Source: Promethearchaeota archaeon Loki_b31 (GTDB lineage: Archaea > Asgardarchaeota > Lokiarchaeia > Sigyniarchaeales > SOKP01). Taken from it: a DNA stretch of 64,000 nucleotides. The stretch covers positions 32,742 through 96,741 of the forward strand of contig NJBI01000004.1 in NCBI GenBank assembly GCA_005222975.1. The letters run 5' to 3'. The translations under genes were made by a program, and so were the position numbers. Positions 35,801-44,996 of the stretch are shown here, piece by piece; position 1 is the stretch's first letter, and the number at the start of each line of letters is the position of its first letter. A model generated the notes under the pieces. That model ran no database searches. It saw only the letters and a program-made list of their open reading frames with translations, and was not told the DNA's origin.

Positions 35801-38095
35801 GTGAATCCTAAAATTGGCAATTCCTACATAATCGATGCAACAGTGACTAATACCGGTTTGAACGATGAATATGATGTTGATTTATTGCTATATCTTGATG
35901 ACATAATCGTCGAGTCAACCACTATTTCGATCCTTCCTGTTGATGCCAGTGAAACTATTAATTATATGTGGACTCCAACCGATTTTGGATCTTACAATTT
36001 TACTGCCTACGCTCCCCCTGTGACTGATGAGATACACACTGGAAACAATTTCATAACCAAAATAATAACTATTGTTGATAGTCAATTATTCGATGGAATG
36101 TTCATCAATTATACTTTCACTATTTTTGATACTGTTTACCCTTCAGAGTTTACATACTCCTATGTCTCAGGAAAAATCTTTCATGTTGATTGGCTTATGC
36201 CAACCCAACTTCAGTATTGGGACGTTGATGCGCAAACAAGAATTATGCAAGGTTCTTCAGGTGGCTTTGCTTTTGGAGATGGATATCATACTCCTATATG
36301 GATTTTTACCGATGTATCTTTAGGTGACGAAATTTTAATTGCTGCCGATGCTGAAGGTGATCATCTTTTCAGCGTAGCAGGCGAATTAATCTATGATCTA
36401 CCCGGTTTTGGACCGGTAGATGTGTGGGTGCTAGAAGATTTAGATCTTCCTGGTGGAGTTGCTTGGTATGAAAAAAGTACTGGAATTCTCTTGAATGGCA
36501 CGTTTTACTTTTCGGGAGGAGCAAGTTGGTATACATTTGATTTCGTAGATACTAATGTTGAATTTACTTATATTTCCTTTGATCATGAATTAAGCGTTTC
36601 TTTAGATACTCCTGTGAATCCTAAAATTGGAAATTCCTACATAATCGATGCAACAGTGACTAATGACGGTTTGAACGATGAATATGATGTTGATTTATTG
36701 CTATATCTTGATGACATAATCGTCGAGTCAACCACTATTTCGAGCCTTCCTGTTGGTGCTAGTGAAACTATTAGTTATATGTGGATTCCACCAGATTTTG
36801 GATCTTACAATTTTACTGCCTACGCTCCCCCTGTGACTGATGAAATACACACTGGAAACAATTTCATAACCAAAATAATACCTATTGTTGATACTAAATT
36901 ATTCGATGGAATGTATATTGAGCATATTTACACTGAATCTAGTTCTGGCCCTTCAATGTTTTCATATTCTTATTACTCAGGTAGTCTATTTATTGAAACT
37001 TGGGATATTATGGGATTTTCTATTCCATGGTATGTTGATTCTCAGACAAGACTTATGTCAGGTGGGTCAGTTTTTGGTGATGGCACACATACTCCGGCGT
37101 GGATTTTTACCGATGTATCTTTAGGTGACGAAATTTTAATTGCTGCCGATGGTGAAGGCGATCATCTTTTCAGCGTAACAGGCGAATTAATCTATAATCT
37201 ACCTGATTTTGGACTAATAGACGTATGGGTTTTAGAAGATTTAGATCTTCCTGGTGGAGTTGCTTGGTATGAAAAAAGTACCGGAATTCTCTTGAATGGA
37301 ACATTTTACTATTCTGGAGGAACATATTGGTATACATTTGATTTCGTAGATACTAATGTAGAATTTATTTATGCGGTCCCACCCGGTCCTTTCGTATTAT
37401 CATCTAATGCTGAAACTCCCGACGACAATGGTAATTTTGATCTAAATTGGACTGCGTCTGATGGTGCATTGAATTATTTTGTATATCAATATTCTAGTTA
37501 TATCACTGAAATCAATGGAAGTTTAACCCTTTTAGGAGATGGAATAACAGATCTTTCTCTTGCTTTGAGTGGTTATACTGATGGAACCTATTACTTTATC
37601 GCTGTCGCACATAACGCCAATGGTGATACTCTTTCCAATTGTATTGAAATTGTTGTAGAACTACCACCACCACCACCAGACCTACCACCAGGTGATTTTG
37701 AACTATCATCTAATGCGGGAACACCGGATGATAATGGTGCGTTTGATTTAACGTGGGAAAGTGCAGATGGAGCTCTTACTTACTCTGTGTATAGATATTC
37801 AAGCTATATTACGGAAATCAATGGAAGTTTAACCCTTTTAGGATATGGAATAACAGATCTTTCTCTTGCTTTGAGTGGTTATACTAATGGAACCTATTAC
37901 TTTATAGTTGTAGCGCACAATGATTATGGTGATACTCTTTCCAATTGCATCGAAGTTGTTGTGCAAATCCCACCGGAACCGGAGCCAACACCGCCCGTAA
38001 TTCCTGGATACAACCTCTACTTCATATTTACAGCAATAGGTATAGTTTCTGCTATAACAATTAGAAAACGGCGTAAAAAAAGAAGTGAATACTAA
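32819..38095 (+). CDS. giant surface protein G4: I9-like propeptide, S8 subtilisin-like serine peptidase head with large insert, PPC, 3 CARDB, NIDO-like, 2 unknown ~160-aa modules, 2 FN3-like, C-terminal TM anchor; start uncertain and no signal peptide seen
   Basis: Catalytic triad blocks are IAIIDTGID, HGSHCSG and GTSMSAPAVAG (about 33190-34560). The first in-frame ATG overlaps the upstream gene by 32 nt. Modules and approximate coordinates:
- I9-like GGKIKSTYKAALNGFAG: about 32935-33110
- PPC-like: 34600-34885
- CARDB: 34895-35205, 35765-36075 and 36578-36890
- NIDO-like: 35206-35762
- WYEKSTGILL modules: 36085-36575 and 36895-37370
- FN3-like: 37375-37660 and 37690-37970
- Anchor: IPGYNLYF + TM + RKRRKKR. 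Confidence 0.85.
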   Translation: MRKKIPIKNINIHQHNFYAILLFQESLFRGSRIENFPNGDYDSISLLFEILGGKIKSTYKAALNGFAGRIGYNPLNEFCDLLMQNDIPFFIQEDMVYEAQLYYAGRNMNLRPYVWNTLSYDGDEYSSIAIIDTGIDDSHSFFTPGYSDADFNYKIVGWRDEVNGLPSPYDDNGHGSHCSGISTGEGGPNYDGTGRTVATAGYEFDYTGYNVPEQSILFNWARFNVTDPGLIELFCEFDDFTPGLDDVDFWAYLYYGETIVDSYEVNTDSWSQTLSYTATSSSLGLYSFRFFMFLIDNTADGYVSDFNIRFRSEMHWPFSPNLFGSGDAWKGVAPYAHLVGVKVLDEHGSGWSSDIINGINWVITNKNVYNITTMSLSLGGGAGDTAFISAVNNAVENGIVTVVSAGNDGPGGNFIGSPGDADNVITVAAMNIYDETTDYSSQGGLSYTGNTVKPDITAPGGSLYNVQMFSTDTNDNDAEGGYPTDGYANDMDGMQGTSMSAPAVAGAANLLIEAMGGHQSWGYTGTEAKRVKALLLMSATETYPLLRETYGGTYSPELNRGGKDVHEGYGRLNVDIAIEAYTQELTLGSTQSAWIASSFDNPFSKHGLGCYINLNVGESYTFTLDVPVGADFDLHLYSNNPSSIGEPIMVASSTSSGLGTDEIISYTATETGKYYLVAKAISGEGSAIIEYPIMDHELSVSLEVPTNPDIYQPYIINATVTNTGSNVETNVDLFLYLDSVLVNSTTISTLPVGASDTINFPWIPTEFRTYNFTAYAPPVPGEPFIDNNIATKLITIDYLENYIMTIDYGYNWIEASGGTELFLSDDGYATIALPFSFSFYGVAYSTIYLGANGYLSFTDSTPSDYSNDPIPSGDLDHYYLIAPFWDDLYPPAATSHVYVQSFGSYWVAEWLDINHYNGGLVGSFEVILNETGEIFFNYDYISYTGGGYTCGLNLGVDTDYYNSYQGLNDLTDDFSILFTYESFDHDLSVSLDTPVNPKIGNSYIIDATVTNTGLNDEYDVDLLLYLDDIIVESTTISILPVDASETINYMWTPTDFGSYNFTAYAPPVTDEIHTGNNFITKIITIVDSQLFDGMFINYTFTIFDTVYPSEFTYSYVSGKIFHVDWLMPTQLQYWDVDAQTRIMQGSSGGFAFGDGYHTPIWIFTDVSLGDEILIAADAEGDHLFSVAGELIYDLPGFGPVDVWVLEDLDLPGGVAWYEKSTGILLNGTFYFSGGASWYTFDFVDTNVEFTYISFDHELSVSLDTPVNPKIGNSYIIDATVTNDGLNDEYDVDLLLYLDDIIVESTTISSLPVGASETISYMWIPPDFGSYNFTAYAPPVTDEIHTGNNFITKIIPIVDTKLFDGMYIEHIYTESSSGPSMFSYSYYSGSLFIETWDIMGFSIPWYVDSQTRLMSGGSVFGDGTHTPAWIFTDVSLGDEILIAADGEGDHLFSVTGELIYNLPDFGLIDVWVLEDLDLPGGVAWYEKSTGILLNGTFYYSGGTYWYTFDFVDTNVEFIYAVPPGPFVLSSNAETPDDNGNFDLNWTASDGALNYFVYQYSSYITEINGSLTLLGDGITDLSLALSGYTDGTYYFIAVAHNANGDTLSNCIEIVVELPPPPPDLPPGDFELSSNAGTPDDNGAFDLTWESADGALTYSVYRYSSYITEINGSLTLLGYGITDLSLALSGYTNGTYYFIVVAHNDYGDTLSNCIEVVVQIPPEPEPTPPVIPGYNLYFIFTAIGIVSAITIRKRRKKRSEY
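36085..37618 (+). repeat. 1,534-bp block identical to 20921..22454
   Basis: See the partner entry. The breakpoint on the right falls at codon AHNA|N (G4) versus AHNA|Y (G2). Confidence 0.85.
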
Positions 38096-38226
38096 AAAAA
38101 TCTTAAATTCTTTTTTTTTTTCTTATTATTATATTGTTTATTTTCTAATTATGTCAGAAATTTAAAATTAGGACATAAAGATACAACATATCTCTTCGAA
38201 TAACAAAAAATATTAGAGGAAATTTT
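38084..38226 (+). repeat. conserved 3'-flank element (copy 3)
   Basis: Near-identical to 18028-18169. In G4 the ORF reads 12 nt into the element (..KRSEY-stop) because the stop used by G1 and G2 is absent. Confidence 0.85.
38111..38121 (+). terminator. oligo-T tract (T11) downstream of G4
   Basis: T11 starts 16 nt after the stop at 38095. Confidence 0.45.
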
Positions 38227-38331
38227 ATTTTTCATTGTCGTTGAGTTAAACTGTTAGAATATAAAGAGTAATAATAAATAGAAAGTAAGAGGTAATTAAA
38301 TATACGTCCTTGGTATTGGCCTATTGAGGGT

Positions 38332-38787
38332 ATGCCCAAAAAATCCGAGCCGTTTACGTGGATTGTTAAGGAAAAAATGGCAGCAAGTTGGTGGCCTGAT
38401 CCGCCGGTTTTTGAAAAGTACAAAAAAGAAGGAATCTCAGTCGTAATCAATTGTTCGGAATTTGATAACAGAAAAAATATCCCTAACGGATTTAAATATT
38501 ATCATATAAATGTTCCTGATTATGGATTACCAACAGAAAAGCAAATAGAAGATTTTCTGGTAATTTGTGAGAAACATAGACAAAATAATGAATCAATCGT
38601 TGTTCATTGTGTTGCGGGGTGTGGGAGAACCGGGCAATTTATTGTAGCATGGGCTGCCAATAATGGATATATACCCGAACATATGGATCCCGTAAGATGG
38701 ATACGAAAATATAGACCATGCAGTCTTGAGACTAAAGAACAAATGAATTTTGCGCGGAGAATAGCAAAAAAATATCAAAAAAACTGA
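38332..38787 (+). CDS. dual-specificity / PTP-superfamily protein phosphatase
   Basis: Active-site loop VVHCVAGCGRTGQF (HCx5R[ST]). The upstream acidic loop NVPDYGLP is compatible with a general-acid Asp. Confidence 0.85.
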   Translation: MPKKSEPFTWIVKEKMAASWWPDPPVFEKYKKEGISVVINCSEFDNRKNIPNGFKYYHINVPDYGLPTEKQIEDFLVICEKHRQNNESIVVHCVAGCGRTGQFIVAWAANNGYIPEHMDPVRWIRKYRPCSLETKEQMNFARRIAKKYQKN

Positions 38788-38894
38788 TAATGTAAAGTAT
38801 TTATTAGATTAATTTTATTAGATTAGTAATTTTGTATTGAATAAGTTGTCATAAAAATATTTACATCTAAAATTCTTGATTATTTAGGGTTATT

Positions 38895-40049
38895 ATGAAT
38901 AAGGAAGATTATATTTACATGATATTAGATAATGTGTTGGTCTATAACATTAATCTTCCTACTGAACTTCAAAGTAACGGATTGAACAGCCATCTTAATA
39001 AATTTGACGAGAAAAATCTTGTTATAATTGCGGGCTTTACCAAAAACTTCTTGGAGCACTTTTTAATAGTTTCAAACGGTAAAACACAGCAAGATGTCGC
39101 CGAACTTTTAAAAAAAATGGAAAAAATTTCCTATATGGTTGGACCAATAGGGAACCTAAGCTATTTAACCAGCGATCAAATCGATCACATACTTACCAAA
39201 ATAAATTCTCTTAAAATAATTGAAATTAACGAAGAGAAAATTAGTTTGCTTGCAGACGATCGACTAAGGGAACAATTTGGGGGCACAAGCACTTACAGTA
39301 CTTCGGAAGCTTTGGAAAACCAACTAGCAAGTGCTGCTTTTTACTTAATGAATATGGGATACTCTCGAGAGGACATACAAGAAAGATTTAACGAAGTTAG
39401 ACAAGATCCTACGAAATTAGAAGCTCTTTTTAATCTAAAACAGAGAGAAATTTATAGCACACCTTCTGAAATCCAACAAGGTTCTTTACCATCTCCACCG
39501 AGCCATCAAGAAACACCCATCGATCAAAGTCAAGATTTGAACGAAACAATTGCGCGTCATATACAATCAATTCACCAAGAGATAACAGAGGAGAGAGCGC
39601 AAAAGGTTGAAGTAATCGTTGAGCAAATAAAAGCACATGTTAGAGATAACATGAGCGAGCTCCAACAAAAAGTGTTTAGAAAAATGCACCCAGATAGATT
39701 AAACCGAGCGTTGAAGACGCTCAAAACAACAAAAAGAAAATCAAAACGGATGAATTTATATATAGAATGGTATACAGCTAGTTTACTTCTTTCTAAAATA
39801 GAGTTAAAAGTAGAGCACTGGCAAGTTTCGTCTACGGCAGGTCATGGAAGCGCAGGCGTTTATACGGCCGGATTAGATTTTTCTCGATACGATAACATTA
39901 TCCGTGAATTTTCGGATGGAAAGCTAACTAAAGTTGTTAATATTGCTAAACGAATTCTGCAAAACCCAACTAAAAAAGCCATTCAAAAGCTTGGTCAAGA
40001 TCTCATAGCAGAAACGGGATTTGACGAGCATCTATACTTTACAGATTAA
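38895..40049 (+). CDS. hypothetical protein
   Basis: 384-aa ORF of typical composition with no recognisable motifs. Confidence 0.55.
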   Translation: MNKEDYIYMILDNVLVYNINLPTELQSNGLNSHLNKFDEKNLVIIAGFTKNFLEHFLIVSNGKTQQDVAELLKKMEKISYMVGPIGNLSYLTSDQIDHILTKINSLKIIEINEEKISLLADDRLREQFGGTSTYSTSEALENQLASAAFYLMNMGYSREDIQERFNEVRQDPTKLEALFNLKQREIYSTPSEIQQGSLPSPPSHQETPIDQSQDLNETIARHIQSIHQEITEERAQKVEVIVEQIKAHVRDNMSELQQKVFRKMHPDRLNRALKTLKTTKRKSKRMNLYIEWYTASLLLSKIELKVEHWQVSSTAGHGSAGVYTAGLDFSRYDNIIREFSDGKLTKVVNIAKRILQNPTKKAIQKLGQDLIAETGFDEHLYFTD

Positions 40050-40098
40050 ATTTGGAACTTTATTAAAGAACATTTAAAATAAAAATAATAATATTTTT

Positions 40099-41715
40099 TT
40101 ATTCTTTCTTAAAAACTGATCTACCCCTTATAATCGTTTCAAGAACGCGAATTTCTTTAATCTCATCTTTAGGAACTTCTAATGGGTTTTTATCTAATAT
40201 AACAAAATCAGCAAGTTTTCCTACTTCTATGCTCCCCTTAATGTTTTCCTCAAAGGCAGCGTATGCAGCGTTAATAGTATAGGTTTTTAAAGCCTCTTCC
40301 ATAATTAAAATCTCTTCTGGAATAAAACCATTTCTAGTTACTAAAGCATGTAATCCTAAGATAGGGCTAGGATCTTCGATCGGACAATCTGATCCTGAAG
40401 CAAGAACGACGCCCGCATCAACAATTGATTTCATTGGATAAGTATACTTACATCGTTCTTCGCCGAGCCGTTTTACCAACCAGGTGTATTCTGAATTAAT
40501 AAAGGGTGGTTGACACGAAGCAATTACGCCATAAGTAGCCATATCTTTAATAACATCCTTAGTTAGCATAGAGGCGTGCTCAATTCTATGGCGATGGTCG
40601 TTCCGAGGAAATTCCGTTAAAAGCTTCTTATATAAATCCATGGCTATTCGGTTTCCTTTATCTCCGATTGCGTGAATCCCAATTTGAAAACCATTGTTAT
40701 GGGCTACAACCATCTTCTCGTAAATTGCTTCCTCCTCAACAACACAAAATCCACACGCTCCTGGCTCATCTGAAAAGGAGTCGAACATACATGCTGTTTT
40801 TGCTCCAAAAGTACCGTCGAGAAATAGTTTTAAAGCACCAACTTTAAACTTACTATCTTTCTTTCCACCATCTAAGGGAGGTTTTCTTAATTTGAGCAAT
40901 TTTTTAGGTTTCTCAGTATTGATTAAAGCGTACCAATTTTGTAAAATACTATTTTGGATTGATTTACGTAAGGGTAGTTCCATTGCTCCTGCATCACCAA
41001 ATTCTCCCGTACTATCGGCACTAAGTATACCGTGGAGCGATGTCAATCCTTTCTGAGCGAAATTCCTAAAAGCTTTAACAGCCGCTTCTTTTATTTTATC
41101 TACACTTGGAAATGACATTTTAGATAAAATGATGTCTAATGCTTTCTCAGATATGACACCTGTAAGATTTCCATTACTATCTTTTCGTATTTCGCCACCT
41201 TCAGGAATTATTGTATGCTCGTCTATTTTTGCTAGCTTTAACGCTTTGGTGTTTGCGATGCCTATATGTCCGTCATATCTCAACACAAAAACAGGATGAT
41301 CGGGGCATGCTTCGTCTAAATCTCCCTTATTAGGTAACTTTGGAACATCGAATTTTTCCTCGCATAGATTAAATACTATCATAAGCTCATCTTTGTTTCT
41401 TTCTTTTGATGCTTTCACTAAATATTCTTTAAGCTCTTTAATACTTTTCACATCTGATACATCAGGACTTAATAAATAAAAAATATAAATAATCGGATGT
41501 AGATGACAATCAATAAATCCTGGAAGCAAAGAGTGACCCTTTAAATCAATAAGCGCAGATTCATTCCCTAAGACTTTTTTAACGTCTTCTAAATCACCAA
41601 CAGATACGATCTTTTCGCCTTCAATTCCTATAGCCTCGACGAAGGGTTGATTTTCGTTTATAGTTACTATTGACCCTCCAAAATAAATTTTTTTTTCTAA
41701 ATTTATCATGCTCAT
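40099..41715 (-). CDS. amidohydrolase-family metal-dependent hydrolase (Amidohydro_3 / YtcJ-like)
   Basis: GFIDCHLHP (HxH), HAIGDKGN, HRIEHASML and ASGSDCPIEDPSP follow the TIM-barrel amidohydrolase metal-ligand order. Confidence 0.85.
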   Translation of the reverse strand: MSMINLEKKIYFGGSIVTINENQPFVEAIGIEGEKIVSVGDLEDVKKVLGNESALIDLKGHSLLPGFIDCHLHPIIYIFYLLSPDVSDVKSIKELKEYLVKASKERNKDELMIVFNLCEEKFDVPKLPNKGDLDEACPDHPVFVLRYDGHIGIANTKALKLAKIDEHTIIPEGGEIRKDSNGNLTGVISEKALDIILSKMSFPSVDKIKEAAVKAFRNFAQKGLTSLHGILSADSTGEFGDAGAMELPLRKSIQNSILQNWYALINTEKPKKLLKLRKPPLDGGKKDSKFKVGALKLFLDGTFGAKTACMFDSFSDEPGACGFCVVEEEAIYEKMVVAHNNGFQIGIHAIGDKGNRIAMDLYKKLLTEFPRNDHRHRIEHASMLTKDVIKDMATYGVIASCQPPFINSEYTWLVKRLGEERCKYTYPMKSIVDAGVVLASGSDCPIEDPSPILGLHALVTRNGFIPEEILIMEEALKTYTINAAYAAFEENIKGSIEVGKLADFVILDKNPLEVPKDEIKEIRVLETIIRGRSVFKKE

Positions 41716-41888
41716 AAAACCAATATTTGATAATTTTTATATTATAAGAATTGGTTTAAACAAATTAAAAATTGATTTTTTCCATTGAGTAAGTATTTTA
41801 TAAGAAAAGTTTAAAAAATTTTGATTAATTCTTAGATTTAACTGTAAAAAAATAAATAGCTTCAGTTAATAAGAAAGGCGTATAGAAA

Positions 41889-44246
41889 ATGGTTAAAAAA
41901 TCCGACTTAAAGAAACTTAATTCGATTATGCAAGAAGGAAATGAATTCAAAAACCTAAGAAAATACAATAAAGCGGTTGAAAAGTATTTCGAAGCTTTAA
42001 GGTTCGTAGAGGAGAAGGTCAAAGAACCAGAAGAACGCGAAGACGAGACAGCAAACATCAAATCTCAAATTGACCAAATATATTCTGTAGAAATCATCGA
42101 TATTATTGAAACGGCAAATAATTTCATTAATAACAACGATTTCGACAATGCTTATAAAACTTTTGACGAAGTAGGAAGGATCGCTGATAAAATTGTAGAC
42201 AAGGGCTTGAGAGATTATGAAGTTAATGAAATTAATTACATAATAAATAAAACCAAAATTGAAGAGTCCCTCTTCCTAGCCGAAGCAGTAAAAAAGGAAG
42301 AGCAATACGATCGAGCTATTAGCATGCTTAGAGACACCTTAAATGCCGCCAAAGAGTTTTATATGGAAGATCTCGAAGGTGAACTGATTAAAAAAATTGA
42401 AAATTCTATCAATGAAACATATTCCATAAAAGTTAATCTGTTAGTTGAAAAAGCAAATAAATTAAAAGCAAACGGAAATCTTGACGCCGCGCTTAAAACA
42501 TATAGTGAAGGTCTTAAATTGACAGATAATTATTACGAGTCTCAATTAAAAGATACTGAAATAACCAATTTGATAAGTTTGATCAACCAAATTTATTCGA
42601 ATAAAGTGAAACCTATTGTACAAAATGGACAAAACTTAATCGAACAGAACAACTTCGAACAAGCAGCCAAAGAATTCGAAGAAGCATTAAGAATTACTAA
42701 TGAAATGTACGATTCAGAACAAAAGAAATCGGAAATAAAACGAATAAATTCTATTGCCTCAGGTGTGCTGAATCCAATTTATTTAGAAAGAATTAAACCT
42801 ATTTTAGATAAGGGAAAAGAGCTAACTATCAAAGATAATTTTGAGGAAAATGTTAGTGTTGTAAACGAAATAGTTGATTTTTATCATAAGGCTTTGGAAA
42901 TTGCAAATAAGATGGCTGAATCAAGAGAACGAAACGATCAGATAACCGAAATAACTAATTTAATTAACAAGACTTGTAAAAAGAGAATTGATTTTATTAA
43001 AGAAAAATCGATTCAAAAAATAGGACAACGAGATTACGAAAAAGCAATTAACGAGTTATATGCCGCAATTAGTGTCGCAAAGAGAATGGCTATTCCTGAA
43101 GAAACAAACGAATTTTTTATAGATTTGAAAAATACTGTAAATAAGGTCTATCTCGCTCAAATTAAGGAGGTTCTTAAAGAAGGTACAGATAAATTAGCTC
43201 TGAAAAATTATAACGAAGCAATAGTAATTTTTAATAGGGCTCTTGAAATGACGAATAAAATGTACCTAACTCAAGAGATGGAAGAAGAGATTAACAAAAT
43301 TAAAGGCTTAGTCTATCAAGCAGAATTAAAAGAGTTAGTAGACCGTGGAGATTTATCTGAAGAAATACAGAAATACGAAAAAGAACTCGAAAAACTTAAC
43401 AAAAAAATGGATTACGCCAAAACTATCGATGACCCCAACCGTAGATTTCAAGAGATGGAACAAATAAAGAAATCTATTGACGAAGTATACCACTCCGAAA
43501 TCAAGCTACTAGTTGAACAAGGCGTACAGTTAGCAGATAGCGAAGCCTTTAAAGAATCCTTTGAAAACTTTGAAAGAGCAATTAAAATTAACGAATCCAT
43601 CAAAAGTCCAGAATTTAAAAACCTAATTGCCATTAAATACGAATACAAGCTTAAATTAATTGAAAAAGCCATATTAGAAATTAAAAGAAAAAGCTATGAT
43701 ATTGCCATCGCAGATTGCAATAAAGCAATAGAACTTGATAGTACTTTTATAGACGCTTTCTATTACATCGGTATTGCAAACAACGATAGACACGAGTACA
43801 ACACTGCCATTGACTATTTTAATAAAGCTATTAATTTCAACCCTAAACACGCAAAATCATGGAATAATATGGGATTTAGTTACGAAAAATTAAGTCAATT
43901 CGATAAAGCAATCGACTCTTATAAAAAAGCGATTGGATTTGAACCAATTTACGCATTAGCATACTATAATATGGCAAATTCGTATATACATAAAGAACAG
44001 CTTGATTACGCAATTGACGCTTATAAAAAGGCAACGGAAATCGACCCGGATTACGCGTTCGCTTGGCTTTTTATGGGATATGCTTATTTAGATAAAAATG
44101 ATTACCATTCAGCGATCCAAAACATAGATAAAGCAATCAATATAAATCCCGAAATAGGAAACGAGATTAGCCCTTTTATTGCTGATATTAAAATATCAGT
44201 AGAAAAACTTCAAAAAGGCTTATCAGAGAAGTTTGCTAACAAATAA
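41889..44246 (+). CDS. TPR-repeat protein with long N-terminal periodic helical array
   Basis: The C-terminal 170 aa are canonical TPRs (AIELDSTFIDAFYYIGIA..., PKHAKSWNNMGFSY..., YALAYYNMANSY..., DYAFAWLFMGYAY...). The N-terminal 600 aa show about 9 repeats of a 60-75-aa unit. Confidence 0.85.
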   Translation: MVKKSDLKKLNSIMQEGNEFKNLRKYNKAVEKYFEALRFVEEKVKEPEEREDETANIKSQIDQIYSVEIIDIIETANNFINNNDFDNAYKTFDEVGRIADKIVDKGLRDYEVNEINYIINKTKIEESLFLAEAVKKEEQYDRAISMLRDTLNAAKEFYMEDLEGELIKKIENSINETYSIKVNLLVEKANKLKANGNLDAALKTYSEGLKLTDNYYESQLKDTEITNLISLINQIYSNKVKPIVQNGQNLIEQNNFEQAAKEFEEALRITNEMYDSEQKKSEIKRINSIASGVLNPIYLERIKPILDKGKELTIKDNFEENVSVVNEIVDFYHKALEIANKMAESRERNDQITEITNLINKTCKKRIDFIKEKSIQKIGQRDYEKAINELYAAISVAKRMAIPEETNEFFIDLKNTVNKVYLAQIKEVLKEGTDKLALKNYNEAIVIFNRALEMTNKMYLTQEMEEEINKIKGLVYQAELKELVDRGDLSEEIQKYEKELEKLNKKMDYAKTIDDPNRRFQEMEQIKKSIDEVYHSEIKLLVEQGVQLADSEAFKESFENFERAIKINESIKSPEFKNLIAIKYEYKLKLIEKAILEIKRKSYDIAIADCNKAIELDSTFIDAFYYIGIANNDRHEYNTAIDYFNKAINFNPKHAKSWNNMGFSYEKLSQFDKAIDSYKKAIGFEPIYALAYYNMANSYIHKEQLDYAIDAYKKATEIDPDYAFAWLFMGYAYLDKNDYHSAIQNIDKAININPEIGNEISPFIADIKISVEKLQKGLSEKFANK

Positions 44247-44363
44247 ATTTCTTACCTCATATGACTTTAATTTTAATTTGTTGATCTTAATCTAATTCAC
44301 TTTCATGTTAAATTTTATGAATATTAAAAAAAAAGACAAGAAAAATAATACTAAAAATAAGTT

Positions 44364-44771
44364 CTATAAAATATTTGAGGCGTATTGCTCAACTAAATAC
44401 TCAATTTTACCCGAATCTAATTGTTCTCTCGCAAGCTCAGGGCACATATGCTCTAAGTGGCACAATAATTCGTTTATTCCTTCTTCAGCTTCTTTAGGAT
44501 CTATGTTATCTTGATCACTAATAACTATTGAACCCATTAGATGTTTAGACCGCTTTAAGATAATAACATTTCCGCTCATTTTTAGCTGGTTAAGTTCTGA
44601 ATGAAATGATTCTTTTACAAAACTATTAATTGCAGCAAATAATCCTCCTTGTAAAATATCTTCGTTTGAAGATGATGTTAACGGTATATCTCCTTGATCA
44701 AAGATAGTTATAGCTTTTGGACTAATTCTTTTAGTAAGTGGTTTTCCAGTTAATTTAGAATAAAATTTCAT
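44364..44771 (-). CDS. small Roadblock/longin-like fold protein (putative)
   Basis: LQGGLFAAINSFVKESFHSELNQLKMSGNVIILKRSKHLMGSIVISD fits the pattern (G..sAi.sF..e.....l..i..g...i.......l....v.d) of archaeal roadblock/longin-like proteins. I prefer this ORF over the overlapping + strand ORF 44305..44514. Confidence 0.5.
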   Translation of the reverse strand: MKFYSKLTGKPLTKRISPKAITIFDQGDIPLTSSSNEDILQGGLFAAINSFVKESFHSELNQLKMSGNVIILKRSKHLMGSIVISDQDNIDPKEAEEGINELLCHLEHMCPELAREQLDSGKIEYLVEQYASNIL

Positions 44772-44996
44772 AAATGTTTCAACAATGCTGTATTTTTTTG
44801 TATTTTGTAAAGATAAAAAACTTTTGATAACAAAACATTTTTAACTCTCTTTTTTAGTAAACAAAATGTAATAGTTTTGCTTTAAAAATAAGGTTTTTTT
44901 TCCAAATTTTTGTACTGTTGCCACAAATATTAATTTTTGTACACAATTCACATTATTTGGGCATAACTTTCTAAGCATAACTTTCTAAGATTTCCA

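Noticed and set aside
44305-44514. Plus-strand ORF 44305..44514
   Set aside because: It overlaps the 3' part of the minus-strand 135-aa ORF, which has a recognisable roadblock/longin-like pattern. The plus-strand product is Lys/Asn low-complexity sequence.
44962-44990. Tandem 14-bp direct repeat gcataactttctaa x2 downstream of the GGR-family gene
   Set aside because: There are only two copies in AT-rich intergenic DNA with no associated structure or gene, which is too little to support a function.
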